Positions 18,839 to 29,333 of a stretch of DNA of 64,000 bases are shown here, one piece after another (position 1 is the first letter of the stretch; every line of letters begins with the position of its first letter). Made by a program: the position numbers and the translations under genes. Where the stretch lies: positions 1 through 64,000 of IMG/VR virus record IMGVR_UViG_3300037067_012889. The stretch is one strand, 5' to 3'. Source of the stretch: a virus (taxonomy: Duplodnaviria > Caudoviricetes). A model generated the notes under the pieces. That model was not told the origin of the DNA and searched no databases. It saw nothing but the letters and a program-made list of their open reading frames with translations.

Positions 18839-19548
18839 ATAATGTCGCTTTTTTAATACCAATATTACTAGAATGTTCAGAGCGTGAGCGAAATCTTATC
18901 GACCAATTACATTATCTACTATCATTTAATGCACATATCTACTTATACGAATGTGACATATCACCAAAAGTCCCTAATATTGTAGACACTAGCCACATAC
19001 AATATAAATTTATAGAATGTGACATATTCCACCGCACGCATTTATTGAATATGATGGCGCGTGATGCTGCAGAATTCTCAGTAATTGTACTTCATGATGT
19101 TGATGTTTTTATCGGCATACAACAATTTATCGATGCTAACGAAAGCATTTTAAACAATTCATTCGATTTCTGTTATCCATACACTGTCTGGCGATGGATA
19201 GCCAGATATACAGGTAATTCAGATAAAGAAATTGGAGAAGAATTACATGGGTCTACTGGCGGTAGCATATTATGCAATAGATCATCATTTATTAAGGCAG
19301 GGATGGAGAATGAGAATTGCATTTCTTGGGGAATGGAAGATATAGAACGATTTGGTCGGTGGTTTACACTCGGATACAAAATAGGTAGAATAGACGGAGA
19401 TCTCTATCATGCTTCGCATCCTAGGAATATGAATTCTGGTATAGAGAACCCGTACTACGAACACAACAAAGAAGAATCAAATAAAGTGAATGCTATGAGC
19501 CAGCAAGAACTTGAACAATATATTAAAAGTTGGCCATGGTGTAATTAA
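18835..19548 (+). CDS. galactosyltransferase-like (GT7 C-terminal/GT2)
   Basis: HDVD, GGS, GMENE..ISWGMED, LYH..H. Confidence 0.85.
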   Translation: MNNVAFLIPILLECSERERNLIDQLHYLLSFNAHIYLYECDISPKVPNIVDTSHIQYKFIECDIFHRTHLLNMMARDAAEFSVIVLHDVDVFIGIQQFIDANESILNNSFDFCYPYTVWRWIARYTGNSDKEIGEELHGSTGGSILCNRSSFIKAGMENENCISWGMEDIERFGRWFTLGYKIGRIDGDLYHASHPRNMNSGIENPYYEHNKEESNKVNAMSQQELEQYIKSWPWCN

Positions 19549-19811
19549 TTGCTGACTTGTTTCCAATAAGCAACCACGACCGGCTTAGAACTCACAATTA
19601 TCTTACGCATCAACAAGTTACTTGTTGTGTTATAATAATACCAATTACGATGTGTAGCGGCATCTGGCTCAAATGGTGTCATTTCGACAACAGTACCACC
19701 ATTTAATTCAATACCATGACGATTGGCATTCCCTGATACGGTTATAGTCCCGCGCCGAATCATAAGATCTTCAAGAAATGCATTTGTAGTTCTAAGTGGT
19801 TCTACCATCAT
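19545..19811 (-). CDS. hypothetical protein
   Basis: GAGG SD. Confidence 0.6.
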   Translation of the reverse strand: MMVEPLRTTNAFLEDLMIRRGTITVSGNANRHGIELNGGTVVEMTPFEPDAATHRNWYYYNTTSNLLMRKIIVSSKPVVVAYWKQVSN

Positions 19812-19861
19812 TACCTCATCACTTTATCTTTTAACAAAATATATTCTATAGGAGAACAACC

Positions 19862-20584
19862 TTGAATAATCAAAAAATGATTGCATCATTAATATCCGAA
19901 ACAATAGATATATCGCCTCAGCAGCTGTTACACCAATTTATTTCAAACAACGAATATATCTACTATGAATCATTTCGCGCATTTTGCGAAAGACAAGGCG
20001 TAATTGTAGAGCATTGTGAATTCTTAGACTTACTAAATGCCGACCAGCTATATATGTTCAACGAACATTCAGATGAAGCTGGGCAGTATTGGGCTCCGGC
20101 TATAGTTGAGGGCTATGTCCTGAACGCAACACCGGGAGATTTCGGCGATGACCAAATAGAAGGAATTACAAAACCAGCTTTTGGAGATGGTGCCGAACAA
20201 CAACCGTTAGAATTCGATCCATTATCGAATGATCAAATAGGATCTGGTGCATCTGAATCAGAGCCAGATGAATCCGAATTAGAGCCAGAAGCGGACCAGG
20301 ATTTACCAGACTTTGACACAAGAATGCGCCATAGGCCGAGTAGGAGTGTGAAAGAACTTGAAAGCTATGAGCCAGATGGCAATCTTATAGAGCAAGACAA
20401 TGGCCCGTTAATATCAAAGCTATACGGTTTAGTCGATACTTGGCAAAATGGTGGTATCAACCAGCAGACGTTCGAGTCAGAATTAAACAAAATTGCTGCA
20501 GAACCAACTCTTCGAAACAGCAGTGTCGATGTGTGGCCGATGGTACAAAGGATATTAGCTGCTAAATCGCAGCGAGGATTATAA
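19862..20584 (+). CDS. acidic hypothetical protein
   Basis: AGGAG SD with TTG start; IASLISE motif. Confidence 0.65.
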   Translation: MNNQKMIASLISETIDISPQQLLHQFISNNEYIYYESFRAFCERQGVIVEHCEFLDLLNADQLYMFNEHSDEAGQYWAPAIVEGYVLNATPGDFGDDQIEGITKPAFGDGAEQQPLEFDPLSNDQIGSGASESEPDESELEPEADQDLPDFDTRMRHRPSRSVKELESYEPDGNLIEQDNGPLISKLYGLVDTWQNGGINQQTFESELNKIAAEPTLRNSSVDVWPMVQRILAAKSQRGL

Positions 20585-21466
20585 CTATTTTTTATCGATC
20601 CTGTTTTCAATATTATTCATATCATCATGATAACGTGAATCTGTACGATCCATTCTATTGTCGAATGTATGCAATTGATCAATTAGCATATCTTGTTTGG
20701 CTTGCAACTTAGCATCATTTTCAGATGACTTAACAGCATGCTCTAATCGCCAACTACGTAATTCTTTAAGAATTTCCAATATTCTGTTATCATAATCTTC
20801 ATAATTTTTACGGTCAAGTTTTATCTCTATTTGCAGCTTATCATCCAATCCCTGTATTTTGGAATCGGTAGTTTGTTGCATCAATGTCATTTCACGCTGC
20901 AGCGTAGTATCAAGCTTAGCTAAATGACTACTAGTTTCGGACGCGAAAGCATCTGATTTGCCTTTTTCGTATTGATTTGCAAACATTCGTTCCGTAACAA
21001 CAGCCGTGTCGTTTTGTAACCGAACTATGTTGGCGGCCTGGCCACTAAACAACATGCTGACTACAGCACCGGCCATACCTAAGACGGTCAAACCCATAGC
21101 TACAAACGCAAAAATGCTTTGCCATTGTGGCTTTGCATTTGTGGTTAGGCGATCGGTGACTGTGTTAAGCTGATCATTGAACCCATCACGCATTTTAGTA
21201 AGTGTATCGCCAATCATCTCTCGGAAACTTCCGAGTTCTCTGCCCATTGTACTGATATTGGCAGATACTTCCTGGATGTCGCGAGTCAATGATTCTACAA
21301 CACCCTCTAGACGTCCAACACGAGTGTCCATCCGATGATCTGGTTCTGTGGCTTGCATTTTCTCTGCCGGAAATACCACATCTTTAAACGGGCAATCGTC
21401 GTGCTTATTCACAGGTGCCATACCAAACCCCATTAAAGTTAGTGTTAGCCAGAGGATACTACACAC
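20585..21466 (-). CDS. coiled-coil membrane protein
   Basis: Heptad-rich regions flank one TM helix (IFAFVAMGLTVLGMAGAVVSMLF); start uncertain. Confidence 0.7.
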   Translation of the reverse strand: MCSILWLTLTLMGFGMAPVNKHDDCPFKDVVFPAEKMQATEPDHRMDTRVGRLEGVVESLTRDIQEVSANISTMGRELGSFREMIGDTLTKMRDGFNDQLNTVTDRLTTNAKPQWQSIFAFVAMGLTVLGMAGAVVSMLFSGQAANIVRLQNDTAVVTERMFANQYEKGKSDAFASETSSHLAKLDTTLQREMTLMQQTTDSKIQGLDDKLQIEIKLDRKNYEDYDNRILEILKELRSWRLEHAVKSSENDAKLQAKQDMLIDQLHTFDNRMDRTDSRYHDDMNNIENRIDKK

Positions 21467-21847
21467 TATAAAATTTTAATGGAGCATTATTTTATAATGG
21501 CCCAGAATGAAGTACTTCTAATTAGGTATGCACTACTTGTAGAGTATGTTGAAAACTACTACGATACGCAAAGGTCCAGGATTGTGAGTAACGATTCTGG
21601 ACCCGCTGCATACCATTCATTTTCAACAATTAATAGTGCTAGATCTTCGATGTCGATCGATGTTGCTACGACGAAGCCTGTCTTAGATCTGAGCATCATT
21701 TTAGCAGAATCATCCTTAAACATGCCAAATGAGCCTATCAGCTGATCATTGCAGCTACATATCTCAACTTCGCTACCACGTGGTACACGATCGACGTTGC
21801 GTTTAATAACCCAAAATTGTGTGTCCGACCTGATGAGCGTCCTGTTT

Positions 21848-22072
21848 TCACGCATGTGCTCGCCCTTCAAATGTATGCCCGCATCCACACGTTTGATAGC
21901 ACATGTAAAGATATCCCTTGCACTCAGGACATCGTCTCTTATATGGGCCAGGAGACGGAAAAATATTAACGCCATTGATGCTTCTGAAAAATATATGGCC
22001 ACAGCCACATTCTTTAACAGAGCTACTCATTGACACACCACAGTCAGGGCAAGTTTTATATCCCGTAGGCAT
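21848..22072 (-). CDS. double zinc-ribbon protein
   Basis: Two CPxC...CxCGH units. Confidence 0.7.
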   Translation of the reverse strand: MPTGYKTCPDCGVSMSSSVKECGCGHIFFRSINGVNIFPSPGPYKRRCPECKGYLYMCYQTCGCGHTFEGRAHA

Positions 22073-22318
22073 ATCGCATCACATTACGATTATTTAACCG
22101 GATCTGGGCTATCTACACCAATCCGCTCGACCATGAATGAAAATGGCGCATCGTCCGTACTATGCACATAAACGATACCGATTTTCTTGACTTTCCGACG
22201 CTTCTCAAGTTCCGCAAGCGTTTCTGTCCGTTTCTTCCACTTAGCAAGATATTTCTGCTTCTTGCTTGGCTTCGACTTCATAATACTTGGTTGTGTCTTT
22301 ACTTGTTTTGACTTCTTG

Positions 22319-23236
22319 TTACTCATCACCAATCCTTGAGACTTTTGTGATTACTTCTTTGTGAACGATACAGCCTTTTCTATATCGTATTAATGGTATC
22401 GCTCTGCCCTTGCCGGTCCAATACAACGCAAGAGGACTAGGTCCACGCACATGCGGTATCGTTTCGATTTTCCTGCCGACATTCCAGCCGACCTTACCGC
22501 GACGAACGGCGCGATCGATTATGGCTTGATCTGGATTACGTTCATATTTTGCTTTGTCCTTATCGAGTACATCCGGCTCGATAATAGCCGGGTCGTTCTC
22601 AAGCAGACACAATGTACATACCAGCTTAATAATCTCTGCTTTTGTCGATGATGGAATTCTTATACCAAAGTTAGAGCTTGGGTCTTCATGTAGCATGTTA
22701 CTAGCATCTTCAACAGTCATGCCATCTTGTATTGGCATATTAAGATATGTCAACACAGGAAAATCCTTTAGAACTGGCTCTGTTGCAAGACCGCATGATC
22801 CGAGTGTTTCGCCAAAATCGACCCAAATTGAAATACCTTTGTACTCTTGAGCATTCGATTGCAACGTAACCGGGCCGCAGAGCAGAGAGCGAATCACATA
22901 ATGTGATTCGCCAATATCAAACGACACTTTGTGATCGGTCTTTGGGAAGCATATGGCGAATGTCCGTAGGCGTGATGGCAATTTAATCAATCCAGCATCG
23001 ATGGAGAGATTCAGTTTCAGGAGCATCGGGATAATGGTTGGGTATACCCGATAGTACGGGTATCTATCAATTTCCCACCACCCCTCTAGCAGTTGTTGTC
23101 GCACTGCCGCCGCATCTCGTAATATACTGGCGGAAAACCCCAAAGATTTGACATAAAAATCCGTTATGTCAATCTTCTGGTCGGGATGTAGCCGGTTGAT
23201 ATTGGATCTATACGTATTGTATTGCCAGAATTGCAT
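22319..23236 (-). CDS. conserved-looking phage hypothetical protein
   Basis: C-terminal PHVR...LYWTGKG motif; start MQFWQ with GAGGA SD, downstream of TGCTATAAT at 23252-23260. Confidence 0.7.
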   Translation of the reverse strand: MQFWQYNTYRSNINRLHPDQKIDITDFYVKSLGFSASILRDAAAVRQQLLEGWWEIDRYPYYRVYPTIIPMLLKLNLSIDAGLIKLPSRLRTFAICFPKTDHKVSFDIGESHYVIRSLLCGPVTLQSNAQEYKGISIWVDFGETLGSCGLATEPVLKDFPVLTYLNMPIQDGMTVEDASNMLHEDPSSNFGIRIPSSTKAEIIKLVCTLCLLENDPAIIEPDVLDKDKAKYERNPDQAIIDRAVRRGKVGWNVGRKIETIPHVRGPSPLALYWTGKGRAIPLIRYRKGCIVHKEVITKVSRIGDE

Positions 23237-23413
23237 ATTTTCCTCTGTCATATTATAGCACCAATTAATTAATTCGTTAACTAGTGCTACTAACGTATTT
23301 AACCTCCGGATACGTTTCTGATATATCTCCGATGTTTTCTTTTTACTCGGTGTTGTGTTGAGACGTTTGCCAAAGAAGACTAAGAGAAATACAAAGGGCG
23401 CAAAGGAGCATAT

Positions 23414-23665
23414 ATGCAATCGTTTAGCAATGCCGAATTTATGCAATGGGCAAAAGACAAGAAACTATCGTTCATTTCACAGAATAGCTGGTCGTCGGCA
23501 GCCGGTATATTACCTCCGGATGAAGCAGTCCTTAATAAAGCAGTTGCCTCACACGTAAACCTCTATGAAAACGTTAAGAAAGAAATATTCTTAGCTATTT
23601 TCATCGTACCAGAAGGTAGTGATCCGTTAGTATTAGTATTTAAGCATCTGGCTGTCTTGAAATAA
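23414..23665 (+). CDS. hypothetical protein
   Basis: AAGGAG SD. Confidence 0.6.
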   Translation: MQSFSNAEFMQWAKDKKLSFISQNSWSSAAGILPPDEAVLNKAVASHVNLYENVKKEIFLAIFIVPEGSDPLVLVFKHLAVLK

Positions 23666-24091
23666 TCCTATAGATTATTATTTCGAATGATCTCAGAGTC
23701 ACACAAAACGGCGATTCGTCAACAGTGGGCTATCTCCGACAAAGCAAACGATTTAAATGTATTTGAATTCAGACAATTCCTACTTGCTCTAGATGATGCT
23801 GAGACAAATAAAGAGCTTGAAGAATTAAAAAGTCGGTGGTCAAAATTAGGCCAAAACCAAACTTGTCTAAGTATAATTGGAAGATAAGCGTACATCCGCA
23901 GCAGTGTAATACCAAACCGTTCTATGCGATAGCCGAACGGTCTAAAGGTAGCGAAAAATGGATTGTCAACGGAGAAGGCAAGACGCCGCAAGAAGCAATA
24001 AATAATCTAATGATTCGTCTGAATACCAGCGAATTCAACAAATAGCCTTCAGTGAAACTTTAACCCATAACTTCATTATCGGAGATTTAAC

Positions 24092-24289
24092 ATGCCCGTA
24101 AACAAAACATGTGTCATGCTTGATGAAGAAGACGAAGAATTAGACGACGATGAGTATGACGACGACGACGAAGACGAAGACTGGGATGATGACGACGACG
24201 AAGACGAAGAAGAAGACAATAACGACTGGGATGACGACGATGACGATGATTGGGACGATGATGACGATTTTGACGACGATGACGAATAG
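24092..24289 (+). CDS. poly-Asp/Glu micro-protein
   Basis: GGAG SD; about 55-aa D/E tract with spaced W/Y/F; mixed GAT/GAC codons. Confidence 0.7.
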   Translation: MPVNKTCVMLDEEDEELDDDEYDDDDEDEDWDDDDDEDEEEDNNDWDDDDDDDWDDDDDFDDDDE

Positions 24290-24300
24290 TTAAGAATCCC

Positions 24301-24531
24301 ATGAGACGTCGGCAAAAAGAAATAATGGCGATGCAGCGCCAGGCTAAAATCTGGACTGCATCGCTTCATAGAGTTGACGATTATACTGGTAAATTCGAAA
24401 AGACTATCGGTAGGTTTAGAAAGAAGCACGCACAAGATTGCGGACACACTAATTGTTCTAGATGCGCCCGAGACACAACTAAGTACCAATTACTAAAAAG
24501 AATACATATCAGAGAAATCAATCTAGATTGA
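24301..24531 (+). CDS. basic hypothetical protein with Cys motif
   Basis: HAQDCGHTNCSRC. Confidence 0.55.
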   Translation: MRRRQKEIMAMQRQAKIWTASLHRVDDYTGKFEKTIGRFRKKHAQDCGHTNCSRCARDTTKYQLLKRIHIREINLD

Positions 24532-24820
24532 TTATACGCTCTTGCGAGCACGTGTTATTCTTGTGCAGATAATAGTTATATCCCTGTGGCGGCTCTGGTC
24601 GCAATTGCTTCATCTTTATTGGATCTGGCCATCCTGGCGGTTTAGCGTATCCATCGCCACCACAATCAGGACAAACAATTGTTCGCCAGAAAGCCCACCA
24701 TGGAGCATTGGGATCTTTTATGCAACCAAGCCCAGCGGAGCGAGTAGAAGAACCACAAGTGGAACAGAAATTAACTCCCATACCATATAAAATACAAAGA
24801 TAGCCTCACGCTGCCTTCGC

Positions 24821-25561
24821 TTAACGTCGCTTCTTGAGATATTCAGAAATCTCTTGGGCCAATCTCTTTTGATAAGCTTCGGCAGTGAAAACGCCCTTTG
24901 GTACACTCTTCTGTATCGATCGGTTTAGTGGTTTCAACTTACCTTCACAGATATGGAGGATTGCACCGGTAACACTCGGTTCTGCAACCGCGTCCCATGT
25001 GACAAATCGATAGCCCTCGGTGACATAATATGTCTCTTGACCACCTTGATCACGGACATCCATATCACCAATACCACGTGAAGAGATACCGATACGTCCA
25101 CGCTTAATTAGCGTTTTCAACTGCTGACCATATGGTAATTCGTCAACAATTTCGGCTTCACCATAAACATTCTTGCCTTCCATCCATATTTTGGTCAGAA
25201 GATGGGAAATTCTATCTAGATGAATCTTGGCATCAGAAGGATGATCAAATTCGCCCCAAACAGATCTATTTGATAAGTCTTCTTGGATGGCTTCGACGGC
25301 TTCACGGACAACAGGTCGTGGATAAACACGGCCGTTAGCGTTCAGATCGTCTGCAACCTGGAAAATACCAGTCACACGAGTCACCGGAGCTCCGCCAAGA
25401 ACACCCTCACCAATTACTTGCTTTGTGTCGAGAATTTTTAAAGGCCAAACATCTTGCAGCAACTGCATTCCTTCTGGCATAAAACCGGTCTGGGCAACAA
25501 GACCACGGTTAAAGCTAGTTTTCGGATTGTAACGACCAGTTTGTGTTCTCGTCAGCAGCAT
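24821..25561 (-). CDS. prohead core protease (T4 gp21-like, peptidase S77)
   Basis: NANGRVYP, GEFDHP, SH, GISSRGIG, WDAVAEPS; GGAG SD before MLLTR. Confidence 0.93.
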   Translation of the reverse strand: MLLTRTQTGRYNPKTSFNRGLVAQTGFMPEGMQLLQDVWPLKILDTKQVIGEGVLGGAPVTRVTGIFQVADDLNANGRVYPRPVVREAVEAIQEDLSNRSVWGEFDHPSDAKIHLDRISHLLTKIWMEGKNVYGEAEIVDELPYGQQLKTLIKRGRIGISSRGIGDMDVRDQGGQETYYVTEGYRFVTWDAVAEPSVTGAILHICEGKLKPLNRSIQKSVPKGVFTAEAYQKRLAQEISEYLKKRR

Positions 25562-25686
25562 GCTAGTACTCCCAGATATAGTATCATTACTATATATCTT
25601 TGATAAACACATATGAAAATGAATAGCCCATAGAATTTGTCATCACAGACTGACACCACCAAATATACTGTAAGCAGAGGTGTGAA

Positions 25687-26088
25687 ATGGGACAAGATAG
25701 AAAACAAAACGAACTTAATCGATATAATGCTATAGCACAGAAGAATGCTTGGTCATTCCAAGATGTTTCTCTTGAAGAACTACCAGATTCTACAAGGAAA
25801 TATGTCGAGACTTTTCTAGTGCATCTCGGAGTGTCCTTCAAGTTACATAAGCCGGTAATAGGGAATACTTACGTCTTTGGTATTGATAACGATCTTGTGC
25901 GTTTCTTGATTCATAATGCTGCCTCTGGCGAGCATATGTGGGGCAATAAAGACTTTGATAATATCGACAACAACACCGCCTTGGCCCATTTAATGGGCTC
26001 AAAATACGGCGGCGAAGAGATAGTGCATAAGCTATTTAATAAAATAGATACGGCGATAGACAGGGCAGATAATTTCAAGAATAATTAG
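25687..26088 (+). CDS. hypothetical protein
   Basis: GAGG SD. Confidence 0.6.
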   Translation: MGQDRKQNELNRYNAIAQKNAWSFQDVSLEELPDSTRKYVETFLVHLGVSFKLHKPVIGNTYVFGIDNDLVRFLIHNAASGEHMWGNKDFDNIDNNTALAHLMGSKYGGEEIVHKLFNKIDTAIDRADNFKNN

Positions 26089-26093
26089 AAACA

Positions 26094-26348
26094 TTATCGT
26101 TTTACATTTCGCGCAGATAAAATATCAGCTGAGATGCCTTCGAGGGTTTTAAAAGCATCAATACCGTGTATAGTCATCAAATCATTAATAGCTTCGAGAG
26201 ACACTTCCCATCCGACTGGCTGTTCGTCCCCACAACATGTTGGCCATGTATTAGCGAACGCAACACGTATTTTATCGAGATGGCAAACCACAGTATTGCC
26301 GTACAGTATGCATGACATTATTTCATCTATATTGGTAAGCATCAACAT
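26094..26348 (-). CDS. hypothetical protein
   Basis: Preceded by minus-strand GTATTTAA (26355-26362). Confidence 0.55.
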   Translation of the reverse strand: MLMLTNIDEIMSCILYGNTVVCHLDKIRVAFANTWPTCCGDEQPVGWEVSLEAINDLMTIHGIDAFKTLEGISADILSARNVKR

Positions 26349-26549
26349 AACATATTAAATACATATAGGAGCTTGATATGTCGAAGTGGACACCCGAAAC
26401 AGAAGAAATGTGGCGGAATAGACTAAGAGAAATGAATAGCGAAAGCCAACCTTTTCGTTCTTTTATCAGATGTATGGTAGATGAAGAAATAGTAGAAGCA
26501 TTCTCGTCATCTCTTGACGAAATTGATCGTCTAAGACAACAACTATCTT

Positions 26550-26774
26550 TTACTTCGTCGTCGTTGTAGTTGTTGTCTTGAATCTCACAATCATATCTTG
26601 TATGAAAACCACACCGATAGATATGATCGATACGATCCAAACAGCAGACAAACCAAACGCCTTCAAAGCATTCCTAATTGGTTCATTTGGATTTGCTGCT
26701 TTCGTCGTGGCATAAAAAGGGGCCGCAGACGCCACCCAGCCACCTAGGTACGCAGCGATTAAAAATTCGATCAT
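26550..26774 (-). CDS. small two-TM membrane protein
   Basis: Two hydrophobic segments; GAGG SD. Confidence 0.6.
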   Translation of the reverse strand: MIEFLIAAYLGGWVASAAPFYATTKAANPNEPIRNALKAFGLSAVWIVSIISIGVVFIQDMIVRFKTTTTTTTK

Positions 26775-26828
26775 AGTACCACCTCTTTCTTTCTATCTTA
26801 TCTTTTATTTACGAGAGTATGTATATTT

Positions 26829-27632
26829 ATGCAAAAATTTCCACCGGTCATTAGAATTGAAACTACTAATGCGTGCAATGCACATTGTATAATGTGCCCG
26901 CATATAAATATGGTTCGGCCCACGCATATTATGCCGGACGAATTATTTGAGAAGATAATCGATGAATGCTCGCATAATAGACTATCAGAAATGCATTTGC
27001 ATAACTTTGGAGAACCGTTGTTGGATTCCGGATTAGAAGATAAGATAAAACTGGCTAAAAAGAAGTGCAAGGTGCACACCAAGATCTTCACGAATGGATC
27101 GCTTCTAACTACAGACAGAGTGCAGAAATTGTTAGACAGTGGCATCGACGAAATAAAGATAAGCGTTGATGGATCAACTCCAGAAGAATATGAGAGAACA
27201 AGACCGCCGTTAAAATGGCTGGAAATATCTGATAATATAAAAAATCTAATTAAGATACGCGACTTATTAAGACTAAAGACTAAAATTTATGTTACTTGTT
27301 GTACCGACCACAGTGCAGCATTACTATTAGACTTCCCGACTAAATTTGCACTTGGTCCGAAACATAATTGGGGCGGGCAGTATGGTAATGATGCAAAGGG
27401 CAAGTTCATAAAATGCAACAGATTATGGAGAACATTTACGATTTTAGTCGATGGATCGGTAGCACAATGTCATGCAGATATACATGGAAGATATACTCTT
27501 GGCAATGTCTATCAACAGACAATAAGAGATGTATGGAATAGTCAAGAATATAATGCTATTCGGAAATTGCACGAAGAATCACAACAATCGAAACTGGGGT
27601 TGTGCTGCAATTGTTCACAGTGTAGAAGATGA
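26829..27632 (+). CDS. radical SAM protein with SPASM/Twitch domain
   Basis: CNAHCIMC, GEPLL, FTNG, ISVDG; C-terminal C..LW...DGSVAQC...GN...C..C. Confidence 0.92.
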   Translation: MQKFPPVIRIETTNACNAHCIMCPHINMVRPTHIMPDELFEKIIDECSHNRLSEMHLHNFGEPLLDSGLEDKIKLAKKKCKVHTKIFTNGSLLTTDRVQKLLDSGIDEIKISVDGSTPEEYERTRPPLKWLEISDNIKNLIKIRDLLRLKTKIYVTCCTDHSAALLLDFPTKFALGPKHNWGGQYGNDAKGKFIKCNRLWRTFTILVDGSVAQCHADIHGRYTLGNVYQQTIRDVWNSQEYNAIRKLHEESQQSKLGLCCNCSQCRR

Positions 27633-27652
27633 TTATATCAACCCAGCAAGTT

Positions 27653-28099
27653 TCATAGTCCTGCTACCTTTAATTTGAATTCTGGTTTACCAAACTTCTC
27701 ATGCATACCGCTTTCCCTATTACCTGTGAAAAATCGAATGCTTGGATGTCGCCTCGCTACTTGAGAGAGTAGTTTCCTTAGATTGGCGTATCCAGGTATT
27801 GGACTATCACTATCAGATCGATGAGGGCCTTTTCCGATCCAATCGATCCACGCTATCCCAGTTCTGTCATTGATTATTAATTCTATTCTGACATCGATGC
27901 CAAATTTCAGACCAAGTCTATTAGTCGATTCTAAGAACGCAAGATATGTGATAAATTCAAGCTTATCACCTTTACGTGCGCCGACTTCTCTATTTAGATA
28001 AAAATTATTTGGCGATATCTCTTTATATGATTCAATAACGTCGATCTGCCAATTTGCAGATGTGTTGTGATGGGATTCTGATAATAACAATAATCGCAT
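27653..28099 (-). CDS. hypothetical protein
   Basis: MRLLLLSES leader. Confidence 0.6.
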   Translation of the reverse strand: MRLLLLSESHHNTSANWQIDVIESYKEISPNNFYLNREVGARKGDKLEFITYLAFLESTNRLGLKFGIDVRIELIINDRTGIAWIDWIGKGPHRSDSDSPIPGYANLRKLLSQVARRHPSIRFFTGNRESGMHEKFGKPEFKLKVAGL

Positions 28100-28112
28100 A
28101 TGCTAGATTTGA

Positions 28113-28568
28113 TTATCCCGTAGCAGATTTTAGACATTCTTCTATTTCTCGATTGCGTGCGAAATGCGATTCTACCCAACCGGTACCCCTGATAGAATGC
28201 CTTTTAGCAGCAACCGCCGACGAAGACCAACTATCTCGTTCCCCAAGTAACCAATAAAGACCTTTAGTGTTTTCAATAGTATAGATGCTTTTGCCCTGAT
28301 AACTCATTCCGGTCCGTTCAGCAACAGGAAGATCTTTTAAACTTGTTTTCGGCTTCTCTTTGTCTTTCGGTTGCTGTAACGTCACGTAGGCTCTGAGTTT
28401 GACGATCTCAGTGGCCGCTTTGTGCAGAAGACTAAATAGTATACAAGATTCGCAAACATGGCCTACTTCTGGATCACATTTACAATTGCGACTATCTGAA
28501 AATAATCGCTCAGCTATTTCTCGTAAATCGCTTGGCAATGTCTGAACATTACTATTTGGATCTGTCAT
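28113..28568 (-). CDS. hypothetical protein with Cys motif
   Basis: CKC..GHVCESC; ATGA coupling. Confidence 0.6.
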   Translation of the reverse strand: MTDPNSNVQTLPSDLREIAERLFSDSRNCKCDPEVGHVCESCILFSLLHKAATEIVKLRAYVTLQQPKDKEKPKTSLKDLPVAERTGMSYQGKSIYTIENTKGLYWLLGERDSWSSSAVAAKRHSIRGTGWVESHFARNREIEECLKSATG

Positions 28569-28838
28569 ATGTCAGATACCTCCGCGTGATGTTTTAAAGC
28601 GTTTCTGATACCATCTAAAAAGCTTTCATCGACCTCGCCCCACGTTTCTTCAACTCTCCAACCATCATCCCATTGTTGATCGTTACGCAGTTTTATTATT
28701 TGCCCTTGTATAGCAAATTTTTTCGGAATATAAGAAACAATAACGCGATCACCCTTACGCAGCCTGCATTGGCGATATGGTTCGTTTTTATTCTTAACAG
28801 ATGTCGCAGTTATCGGTCTAGTCAATGGTTTCATTGGA

Positions 28839-29333
28839 TTATTGTTCTGCTGGCATAACAAAAGGCTTTAATGGGGCAGTAGCGACATTAGTTATCGCAG
28901 CTTTCGCAATTAAACACCTAGAAATGAACTCGTTATCTTCTTCTGTTAGATTCCATCCTTGTGTTGAGATCGATGGTTCAATTGACTCTGGATCGCATAC
29001 TATTGGATTCTTAGCCCTACAATCAGGGCATACAATACGTGCTGGTTTTTTCACGATGCCATCAGCTTCAACAATGCCGCCTTGTAATAAAAGCTTACCG
29101 CACCCATCGCACTTCGGACACGCCCTTTCAGCAAAACTGAGGAGCATCTCAATTGCGACAACTGCTTCGTCGATGAAGCGTGATTCTTCGGTAGATGTCC
29201 AGTTCTGACCTTCTTCATGCCCGTCATGGCATTCACAAGCTGGCTCAAGCATACCACATTGTGTGCAAGTATGCTTAGCGTCAGACCACGATTTCAGGCG
29301 CTCTAATAGATGTGCGAAGTCAATCACAATCAA
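28839..29333 (-). CDS. zinc-finger hypothetical protein
   Basis: Several CxxC pairs; coupled to the rarA stop. Confidence 0.6.
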   Translation of the reverse strand: MIVIDFAHLLERLKSWSDAKHTCTQCGMLEPACECHDGHEEGQNWTSTEESRFIDEAVVAIEMLLSFAERACPKCDGCGKLLLQGGIVEADGIVKKPARIVCPDCRAKNPIVCDPESIEPSISTQGWNLTEEDNEFISRCLIAKAAITNVATAPLKPFVMPAEQ

